Source of the DNA: Oceanobacillus sp.
GTDB lineage: Bacteria > Bacillota > Bacilli > Bacillales > Amphibacillaceae
Length of the DNA stretch: 64,000 bases
NCBI GenBank assembly: GCA_032085455.1
Contig: DAMDKS010000012.1
Span: 31,869-95,868, forward strand
Direction of reading: 5' to 3'
Positions 56,908-64,000 of the stretch are shown here, in pieces. The stretch's first letter is position 1. Each line of letters opens with the position of its first letter. The translations under genes were made by a program, and so were the position numbers. Under the pieces are notes generated by a model. It did no database searches and had not been told where the DNA came from. It worked only from the letters and a program-made list of their open reading frames with translations.

Positions 56908-57067
56908 AATCGACTAGGGGAGCATGTAGATGCTGAGAGATATAAATATCGACCCTTTGAACCTGATCTGGTTAATACTAGCGTAGGGAAGTGGATATAG
57001 AACTTTTGGTGAAATTTATTCCAATTGCTAAAACCCATTTCTAGTAAGCTAGTGATGGGTATTTTTT
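56908..57067 (+). promoter_or_regulatory. TPP (THI-box) riboswitch with terminator expression platform
   Basis: ACTAGGGGAGC...GCTGAGAGA...ACCCTTTGAACCTGATCTGGTTAATACTAGCGTAGGGAAG matches the TPP aptamer consensus. A terminator ACCCAT..ATGGGT followed by ATTTTTT lies at 57033-57067. Confidence 0.9.
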
Positions 57068-57164
57068 GTATTTGTATGCTTTCCGTTGTCAGAAGAGGTG
57101 AGCCTATTCTAAAAGAAGTTTTATTGAATCACACCATTAGAATAATATGAAAGGCGGGTTAAAA

Positions 57165-57860
57165 ATGAGCAAACTTTTTACAGATCAACTATGGGAAAGA
57201 GTAGAGCCAATCTGGCAATCTTATTTGGAGCATCCTTTTGTTAAAGGACTTGGTGAAGGCTGGTTAGAGCAAGATAAATTCCGGCATTGGCTAAAGCAGG
57301 ACTATGTTTATCTAATAGAGTACTCTCGATTATTTGCTTTAGGCAGTGCAAAAGCACCTGATTTAAAAACGATGATGATGTTTGCAAAGCTGTTGCATGG
57401 AACACTTGATATGGAAATGGATTTACATCGCCAGTATGCAAGTAAGTTTGGTATTACAAGTGATGAACTTGAATCTACTAAAGCGGCAGCAACTACGACA
57501 GCTTATACAAGCTATATGCTGAATGTCTCACAACTGGGAGGGGTTGAAAATGTAGTAGCCTCAGTACTTGCCTGTGCCTGGAGTTATAATTTTATCGGCA
57601 AAGAACTTGCAACCTGGTCAGGTGCATTGGAACATGAATTTTATGGGAATTGGGTACAGATGTACTCCTCTGATGAATTTACCGAACTTGCCGCGGACTG
57701 CAAAAACTTAATCAATGAGATTGCGAAGGATAAACCAGTGCGTGATTTAAAAGAGCTAGAAGAAATTATCGTGAAGACGAGTTTATTTGAGTATATGTTT
57801 TGGGAGATGGCCGAGAAGAGGGAAGAGTGGCCGGTTGGACTGGATGTTACCCAGGGCTAG
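57165..57860 (+). CDS. tenA: Thiaminase II / aminopyrimidine aminohydrolase
   Basis: HPFVKGLGEG.L....F..WL.QDY.YL, TenA-family helices and the upstream TPP riboswitch. Confidence 0.88.
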   Translation: MSKLFTDQLWERVEPIWQSYLEHPFVKGLGEGWLEQDKFRHWLKQDYVYLIEYSRLFALGSAKAPDLKTMMMFAKLLHGTLDMEMDLHRQYASKFGITSDELESTKAAATTTAYTSYMLNVSQLGGVENVVASVLACAWSYNFIGKELATWSGALEHEFYGNWVQMYSSDEFTELAADCKNLINEIAKDKPVRDLKELEEIIVKTSLFEYMFWEMAEKREEWPVGLDVTQG

Positions 57861-57883
57861 GGAGATGTATGCTTTAAATTATG

Positions 57884-57927
57884 CCAAGAACACCCTTGAC
57901 CACAGTCATTGGTGTTCTTGGCTTTCT
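57884..57927 (+). terminator. Rho-independent terminator
   Basis: GCCAAGAACACC ... GGTGTTCTTGGC 12-bp stem followed by TTTCT. Confidence 0.75.
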
Positions 57928-58350
57928 ATTCTATAAAACCAACCAAAATTACCATATTATATGTAAAATTAAACTATCCCACTTTCCTGTAAGGCGCAAC
58001 TTGAACGTTACTGAATAAGTTCTTGCACTTTACTTGAGCTATTCATTGTAAAAAAATCAGTACTTTTAAATCATTTTAACCTTTCATGTCAGGAATACTT
58101 TCATTAATGTGCATATTATACTTTGATAATATGCACTATTCTACCTTTTCCAGTACTGAGAAAACCAGGACTTATTAATCAATTTCGATTATTTTAATAT
58201 TAACGACAAATTTCGACAAAATACTATCCTATTTTCCATTATAGTAAAACTACCATCGAAACTAGGATGAGAGATTATCTTTGTTGAAAATTGGGGTTAA
58301 AAGGGGGGATATTCTTGATTTAGATGGTAAAATTGAAGGGAGAATAGAGT

Positions 58351-61300
58351 GTGAACAGAAAAAAGAGACAAGTTCGGGTATTTAGTATTTTGACAATGGT
58401 TGCGATGATTTTTTCATTGCTTGCTTCAGAAGGAATAACTTTTGCTGAATCCGATGAGAATGTAAGTTATTCTCTTAATGATACAGATGTAAATGTTTTA
58501 GATAAAGTGAGTAGTCAATTACAAGAAGAATTAGAGAACGAGGACGAAGTAACTTTTTTAATCAAGTTTATGGAAACAACAGATGCAAGGACAATTGCTC
58601 AGGAAGCAAAGAGTAAAGCACAAAAGGCAAAATATTCACCGCTAGCACAGGAACATGCACAGCGTTCTGCTGTAATTTCGGGTTTAAAGACAACAGCAAT
58701 GGAATCACAGCAAAAGGTAAAGCAATTCCTTGAGGAGCAAGTGAAGGAAGGGAACGCAGAAGATATTCGCCCTTACTACATTGTTAATGGAATGGCAGTT
58801 ACAGCTACAAAAGAGGTTGCTGAAAAGCTGGCTACTTTTTCAAATGTAGAAAAACTTTTGCCAAACGAACAGCGCGAATTGTATAGAGCTGTAGATACAG
58901 ATGATGAAATTCCCGAAAATGAAATAGCAGGTATTGAGTGGAATGTTGATCGTATTGGTGCACCGGCTGTTTGGAATATGGGAATTGACGGTCAGGGAAC
59001 GGTTGTTGCGAGTATCGATACGGGGGCTGATTGGGAGCATCCCGCACTGAAAGATAAATATCGTGGTTATGATCCTGTAACCGGCGAAGTTGATCATACG
59101 TATAGTTTCTATGATCCAGTTAATGGAGAAGAAGCGCCATATGATGATGATAGCCATGGTACCCACGTAACAGGAACCATGGTCGGAAGTGAAGCAGATG
59201 GCTCCAATCAGATTGGAGTAGCACCAGGTGCTGAGTGGATTTCTGTTCAGGCCTTTACGGAAGAGGGAGCCTACGACAGTGATTTACTTGCTGCAGCTGA
59301 ATGGATTTTAGCGCCCGGCGGAGATATAACGAAAGCTCCAGATGTGGTAAATAACTCCTGGGGTGGTGGATCAGGCCTTGATGAATGGTATCGTGATGTA
59401 GTTATTGCTTGGCGTGCAGCAGATATTTTTCCTGCATTTGCAGCAGGAAATACAACACTGCTGAATCCAGGTGGTCCTGAATCAATTGCAGTACCAGCAA
59501 ATTATCCGGAATCATTTGCGACTGGTGCTACGAACGACAGAGATAATTTGTCCAGTTTTTCATTACAGGGACCATCACCATATGACGAGATTAAACCAGA
59601 TATTGCTGCACCGGGTGAAGGGATTCGTTCTGCTATACCAGGTGGTGGGTACGGAGGGAAAAATGGTACCTCTATGGCGTCTCCCGCAGTCGCTGGGGTA
59701 GTGGCCTTGCTAAAGTCTGCAGATGCAGGAATGGATGTAGATACAATGGAAGAACTATTAATGGAAATGGCAGATTCGGAAGCAGGAACAGATGAATCTT
59801 TTCCTGATTCCCCGAATAATGGTTATGGATCAGGAATTATTGATGCCTATGAAACCGTTTCCTCTGTAATTTCCGGTGTTGGAACGATTGAAGGTAAGGT
59901 AATGAAGAAAGGGGAAGATAATGAGCCCCCAACATATGTTCATGAAGCACCCGCTGAAACTTATGAGGGAATGAATTTGGATTTAACAATTGAAGTGGGT
60001 GATAATGTTGGTGTTACTTCTGTAGAATTACATTATAATGATAAAATTGTTGAGGTACCAAGAGTTTCGGGGGATTTTCGTTCTGGTGAGTATGCTGTAA
60101 CCGTCCCTGGAACAGATATTACCGGAGATACGTTTACTTATTATTTTGTGATTAACGACTTTGGTAATAATCAGGTTAATACGGAAAATTATGTAATAGC
60201 TTTAGAGCCAGGTATCACAGTAGGCTATGAAGAGGATTTCGAATCCGATCCTGTAGGATGGACTTCTTCTGGTTTAAACAATACTTGGGAGTGGGGGAAA
60301 CCTTCCTCTGGACCAGAAAATGCAGCTTCAGGGGAAAAATTATATGCAACGACTCTAGATGGTCCCTATCCTAAACCTTTTGTCGTTGCGGATCTGATGA
60401 TGCCACCAATTGATCTCCCAGAGGGAGAAACATATCTTCAATTTAAGCAGTGGTACAACTTTTATACGTATAAAGGTTTTACAGCCACACGCGGATATGT
60501 AAATATTTCGACAGACCAGGAAAATTGGACTAGAATAGGAGAGTTCGATAGTGAAAATAGTGATGGATGGGAAGATGGTGAATTTAATTTAGGAGAATAT
60601 GCTGGTCAGCGAGTCTATATTGTTTTCCAGCTTGCGAGTCTTGAGAATGATGACTATTTAGGTTGGTACATTGACGATGTTAAGTTGTCTGATGAGTCAT
60701 TAAACCTTGATGTTGAAAATACAAGTGAAAATCAGTCCACGAATGAATTATTTGAAGAAAAAATAAATGCCCTGGAAATGAATAGTATTTCAGTTTCTGA
60801 AGATGCCAATAATGAGACTGTAGAAGAAGTAGTATTAGGTAAAGAGAGTGGATTACCATTAAATGCACAGATAAATGTTCTTGAAAGCGGGCGTTCCACA
60901 AATACAGACCCGCAGAATGGGTCATATACTTTAAGGAATGCTGTTGGCACATTTACTATTGAGGCTGAAGCGTATGGATTTTATCCTGAAGAAAAATCTA
61001 TAACTGTAGAAGAAGATCGTATAGTAGAAGCAAACTTTACATTGACAGAACTGCCAGAGGGAACTATTGGCGGAACGGTGACGAATGAAAACTCTGGTGC
61101 TCCAATTGAAAAAGCAAGGGTTCTACTTGTAGAAGATGCTAATGTTGAACCTGTACAAACGGATGCAAATGGAAATTACGAAATTACCGGATATGAAGGA
61201 GAATACACACTAAGAGTTATTGCTGAGGATTTCCACACCAAGGATATTGCAGTTACGATTGATGGATCTGAAATGCAGGATATCGAGCTGGAACCATTAT

Positions 61301-62640
61301 TTACGGTGCCCGGTGAAGAAATCTATTATGATGATGGTACATCAGAAAATGCTCGTGCATTTTATGATGCTGGAAGCAAATGGGCTGTAAAAATGTCTCT
61401 CCCTAAAGAGAAGGATACCGCACTAGTGACAGACGGGGTGTTCCAGTTCCACGGTACGGATTTTCCATATCCAGGCGACACATCATTTGCGATTGAAGTT
61501 TGGTCAGCTGGCGATGATGGTCTGCCTGACGATAGGCTTGCAGGTCCGATTGAAGCGGAAGCAATCAGGGATTTAAATGAATGGACAGTTGTCGATCTTC
61601 GTAGTGAAAGTATTCTTGTAGATGGAGACTTTTTTATGGTTTATGTTCAGACAGCAGATAATCCAGATGTACCTGGACTTGCTACAGACGAAGATGGTCT
61701 ATATGCTGAAAGAAGCTATCAAGAAGTAGGTGGAACTTGGTCTCCATCCCCTGCTGCGGAAGGGAATTACATGATTCGTGCTAGGGTAGCATATGAAGTG
61801 GAAACACCTGTTATTACTTCACCGGTAGATGGACTGAATACAAATGAAGCCGGGGTCACGGTAGAAGGGTCTGCTTCTCCTGAAACAACAATCGAAGTGT
61901 TGCAAAACGGTGAGGCAGTTGAAAAAGTTGAAATTGGGCAAGATGGAGGCTTCGCAGTGGATACAGAATTGACTGAAGGTGAAAATGAATTTACTGCAGT
62001 GGCTTATGTTAATGGTGAACAAGCTATCGAATCTGAAAAGGTTACTGTGGTTTTAGATAGAGAAGCACCGGAGCTGGATATTAAAAGTCCAGAAGATGGT
62101 GCGTATACAAATCATGAAACGGCTACTGTCGAGGGTACGGTAAGTGATGATTACCTTGATACAGTGACCGTTAACGGTCAGGAAACTGCTGTCAAAGATG
62201 GTGCCTTTTCACAGCGCATCTTGCTTGATGAAGGTGAAAATGTAATTGAGATTGTGGCTACAGATAAAGCGGGTAACGTAACAACAGAAACAATTACTAT
62301 ATTTTCAAAGTACACTATACCGGAAGTCCTAAATCTAACACCGGCCGAAGATACAGAGCTTGAAACAGGTCAATCCGTATTGATAGAGTTTGAAAGTGAA
62401 GCGGAATTAGATGCTCATTTTGTAGTGCATATGCCATTGACTGACATTGGTATACGAATAACTAATGCTACCAAATTGCCGATGATGGAAACAATGGAAG
62501 GTAAATATGTAGGCTATTGGACTGTACCAAGCAATGTGTATGCTAAAGGAGCGGTAATCGAAGTAATCGCAAAGGATAGATTCGGCAATGAGGCTCGGGA
62601 ACGGGCAGATGGAAAGCTTTTTATCAATCTTGAAGAGTAA
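58351..62640 (+). CDS. bpr: Bacillopeptidase F-like secreted subtilisin-family (S8) serine protease, 1429 aa
   Basis: It is colinear with B. subtilis Bpr (1433 aa). It has a signal peptide, an I9-type propeptide, the catalytic D (SIDTGADWEHP), H (HGTHVTGT) and S (GTSMASPAVAG), VVNNSWGGGSGLDEWYRD, and C-terminal CarboxypepD_reg-like and Ig-like repeats. Confidence 0.92.
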   Translation: MNRKKRQVRVFSILTMVAMIFSLLASEGITFAESDENVSYSLNDTDVNVLDKVSSQLQEELENEDEVTFLIKFMETTDARTIAQEAKSKAQKAKYSPLAQEHAQRSAVISGLKTTAMESQQKVKQFLEEQVKEGNAEDIRPYYIVNGMAVTATKEVAEKLATFSNVEKLLPNEQRELYRAVDTDDEIPENEIAGIEWNVDRIGAPAVWNMGIDGQGTVVASIDTGADWEHPALKDKYRGYDPVTGEVDHTYSFYDPVNGEEAPYDDDSHGTHVTGTMVGSEADGSNQIGVAPGAEWISVQAFTEEGAYDSDLLAAAEWILAPGGDITKAPDVVNNSWGGGSGLDEWYRDVVIAWRAADIFPAFAAGNTTLLNPGGPESIAVPANYPESFATGATNDRDNLSSFSLQGPSPYDEIKPDIAAPGEGIRSAIPGGGYGGKNGTSMASPAVAGVVALLKSADAGMDVDTMEELLMEMADSEAGTDESFPDSPNNGYGSGIIDAYETVSSVISGVGTIEGKVMKKGEDNEPPTYVHEAPAETYEGMNLDLTIEVGDNVGVTSVELHYNDKIVEVPRVSGDFRSGEYAVTVPGTDITGDTFTYYFVINDFGNNQVNTENYVIALEPGITVGYEEDFESDPVGWTSSGLNNTWEWGKPSSGPENAASGEKLYATTLDGPYPKPFVVADLMMPPIDLPEGETYLQFKQWYNFYTYKGFTATRGYVNISTDQENWTRIGEFDSENSDGWEDGEFNLGEYAGQRVYIVFQLASLENDDYLGWYIDDVKLSDESLNLDVENTSENQSTNELFEEKINALEMNSISVSEDANNETVEEVVLGKESGLPLNAQINVLESGRSTNTDPQNGSYTLRNAVGTFTIEAEAYGFYPEEKSITVEEDRIVEANFTLTELPEGTIGGTVTNENSGAPIEKARVLLVEDANVEPVQTDANGNYEITGYEGEYTLRVIAEDFHTKDIAVTIDGSEMQDIELEPLFTVPGEEIYYDDGTSENARAFYDAGSKWAVKMSLPKEKDTALVTDGVFQFHGTDFPYPGDTSFAIEVWSAGDDGLPDDRLAGPIEAEAIRDLNEWTVVDLRSESILVDGDFFMVYVQTADNPDVPGLATDEDGLYAERSYQEVGGTWSPSPAAEGNYMIRARVAYEVETPVITSPVDGLNTNEAGVTVEGSASPETTIEVLQNGEAVEKVEIGQDGGFAVDTELTEGENEFTAVAYVNGEQAIESEKVTVVLDREAPELDIKSPEDGAYTNHETATVEGTVSDDYLDTVTVNGQETAVKDGAFSQRILLDEGENVIEIVATDKAGNVTTETITIFSKYTIPEVLNLTPAEDTELETGQSVLIEFESEAELDAHFVVHMPLTDIGIRITNATKLPMMETMEGKYVGYWTVPSNVYAKGAVIEVIAKDRFGNEARERADGKLFINLEE

Positions 62641-62751
62641 TCATAAGGGTCTTATAGAAGTGAAAAGCTGCAAAAATATAAAAGTGGATTAGTGCATCCG
62701 AAGCATTCCTTGTTACTATTCACAGTCAAAATTCTATAGTACACTTTTTCA

Positions 62752-62796
62752 AGGTCAACACTTATTCACAAGTGGATAAGTGTTGACCTTTTTTTG
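62752..62796 (+). terminator. Rho-independent terminator of bpr
   Basis: AGGTCAACACTTAT ... ATAAGTGTTGACCT 14-bp stem followed by T7. Confidence 0.88.
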
Positions 62797-62898
62797 CTAT
62801 CCACAGATTTCAATCTGTGGATGCATATGGTTTGAAAATGTGATAAGGTAGCCTTTGAAGAAACATCGAACGGATTTTTTTGAAGAGGAGTACGACTC

Positions 62899-63183
62899 AT
62901 GGCTGGTGGGAATTATCACAATCAACTATACAACGACTATGTAAATTTAACAGAAAGATATGAAGCGCTTGTTGTCGAACTAAAGAAACAAACTGCTCAG
63001 CATAGAGTGGATTGGGAAGAGATGCAACGATTAACCAAGGCTTTCTTTATCAAGCTAGACGAGTGCTGGCTTTTAGGTGATGAAGAAAACAAAAAAGACG
63101 ATCATTTCTACTATGCTAAGAAAGAGCGCGCTTTGCTTCATCGTCTCATGAAATACCGGTTGGAGTACTTTACTCCAGATTAA
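62899..63183 (+). pseudogene. DDE transposase remnant, left part (IS66-family/ISBst12-group-like), interrupted by an IS200-type element
   Basis: The 94-aa ORF ends ...ALLHRLMKYRLEYFT, exactly at the IS200 left hairpin. The reading resumes after the insertion as (V)LDFNIPFSNNTSERSLRGVKSKMKVAGQF. No catalytic core lies upstream. Confidence 0.4.
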
Positions 63184-63830
63184 GCCCCACGCTATGCGTG
63201 GGAGAACAGAAATGGAAGTGCCTTTACTTATGATAAAAAAGTCCTCCTCTGCTATAATGACAAAGGTTTCGCAGCCAATGTCGCGCAGAGGGGGACATCC
63301 ACAATGGATAAATCAAGTTTAGCACATACAAAATGGAATTGCATGTACCATATTGTGTTCATTCCTAAGTGTAGACGGAGAACAATGTATGGAAAATCAA
63401 GAGAAGATATTCGGGAAATCATTAGAAAACTCTGTGAGTACAAAGGAATTGAAATAGTAGAAGGAAGTGTATCGGCTGACCATATCCATTTATGTATCAA
63501 AATACCACTAAAGCTTAGTGTATCAACTTTTATGGGATATTTAAAAGGGAAAATTGCGTTAATGATATTCGATCGACATCCCGAATTCAGAAAAAAGGAA
63601 ATAGACACTTTTGGGCAAGGGGGGGATATTATGTCGATACTGTAGGTAGAAACAAAGAGATTATTAAACAGTATATAAAAAATCAAACGAATGCAGACAT
63701 GATAGAAGATAAATTTAACAATTAGAGTTGTGACCGGCTTGCGAAACCACGCCTTTAAGGCGTTGCAAGTACCATGCCCTTATAGGGCTAAGTCAAACCA
63801 CCCGTTGAACGAGTGGTTTGTGATTTGGGT
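63180..63830 (+). mobile_element. IS200/IS605-family insertion sequence (tnpA only)
   Basis: Left-end hairpin CCCACGC-TAT-GCGTGGG (63186-63202) and an internal TATAAT. The right end has hairpins ACGCCT-TTA-AGGCGT, GCCCT-TAT-AGGGC and CAAACCAC..GTGGTTTG. The boundaries are approximate. Confidence 0.75.
63304..63725 (+). pseudogene. tnpA: IS200-type Y1 (HUH) transposase TnpA with a frameshift in an A6 run
   Basis: HTKWNCMYHIVFIPKCRRR...ADHIHLCIKIP...FMGYLKGK is present. After A6 at 63591-63596 the conserved C-terminus (GNRHFWARGGYYVDTVGRNKEIIKQYIKNQ...) is only read if one A is added. Confidence 0.8.
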
Positions 63831-64000
63831 CTTAGACTTCAACATCCCCTTTTCAAACAATACGAGTGAGCGTAGTTTACGTGGGGTAAAGTCAAAGATG
63901 AAAGTCGCCGGACAATTCCATTCGATTACATCTGCAAAAAATTATGCGGTCATTCGAACGTATGCAGAAACCTAAGCGACATGGTATAAATATTGTAGAT
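63815..64000 (+). pseudogene. DDE transposase remnant, right part (continues beyond window)
   Basis: LDFNIPFSNNTSERSLRGVKSKMKVAGQFHSITSAKNYAVIRTYAET-stop, then RHGINIVD in another frame. This is the NNxxER...K.K..G.F...IR.Y C-terminal signature of the transposase, with a further frameshift near 63970. Confidence 0.45.

Noticed and set aside
56718-57038. 106-aa minus-strand ORF
   Set aside because: It overlaps the 3' end of the TRAP permease and runs antisense through the TPP riboswitch aptamer. The riboswitch explains the conservation-like structure.
62799-62822. Perfect 11-bp palindrome ATCCACAGATT-TC-AATCTGTGGAT just after the bpr terminator, considered as an IS terminal repeat or operator
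   Set aside because: It is a single occurrence with no matching partner at the other side of the transposase remnants. It is most simply a second hairpin of the terminator region, so it is kept only as a note.
63252-63686. 144-aa minus-strand ORF
   Set aside because: It is antisense to the IS200 tnpA, whose plus-strand product carries the HUH/Y1 transposase motifs.
1-64000. Search for CRISPR arrays, tRNA/rRNA genes, toxin-antitoxin pairs, restriction-modification or other defence systems
   Set aside because: I found no direct-repeat/spacer arrays, no cloverleaf or rRNA-like segments, and no nuclease, methylase, ATPase or helicase gene sets. Every large ORF is accounted for by metabolic, transport, cell-wall or transposase families.

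Overview
The window is AT-rich chromosomal DNA from a low-GC Firmicute, most likely a Bacillaceae. Several proteins closely resemble B. subtilis Bpr, YkgB, OpuAC, YbbC/NamZ and MurQ. The very acidic exported proteins suggest a moderately halophilic genus, but that is inference. I saw no rRNA, tRNA, CRISPR array, prophage or recognisable defence system. The content is mainly carbohydrate and cell-wall salvage metabolism. (1) 986-11069: a ROK-regulated D-galactonate-type operon (dgoK, eda/dgoA, dgoD) with two TIM-barrel enzymes and a TctCBA tripartite tricarboxylate-type transporter. (2) 11.1-15.9 kb: a gene-decay zone with MBL-fold, Mrp and LysR pseudogenes and an orphan Opp-like permease pair, followed by an orphan OpuAC-like lipoprotein. 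(3) 17232-31013: a GH20 / lactonase / LplABC-type ABC importer / YesL / GH3 / amidohydrolase / DgaE-like ammonia-lyase / KDGP-aldolase / PfkB-kinase / GntR cluster. I interpret it as a route for N-acetylhexosamine oligosaccharides with an oxidised (aldonic acid or lactone) end. (4) A PBP4-type carboxypeptidase and an SDR / acyl-CoA dehydrogenase / thiolase trio. (5) 36853-47514 (minus strand): a MurNAc/peptidoglycan recycling cluster (ABC importer, NamZ, MurQ, MurR, BadF-type kinase, double GNAT, AmiE-like hydrolase, AnmK). (6) An aminotransferase and an ALS-like TPP enzyme, convergent with an SSADH-like dehydrogenase. (7) A TAXI-TRAP transporter whose binding protein appears circularly permuted. 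(8) A TPP riboswitch with tenA. (9) A 1429-aa bacillopeptidase F homologue. (10) A decayed transposase remnant carrying a nested, frameshifted IS200/IS605 element. The structures least explained by ordinary annotation are three: the permuted TAXI gene, a modular same-orientation hairpin repeat family with five copies between 34 and 53.5 kb, and two orphan promoter/terminator units. All functional calls rest on motif and family recognition by eye. No database search was run.
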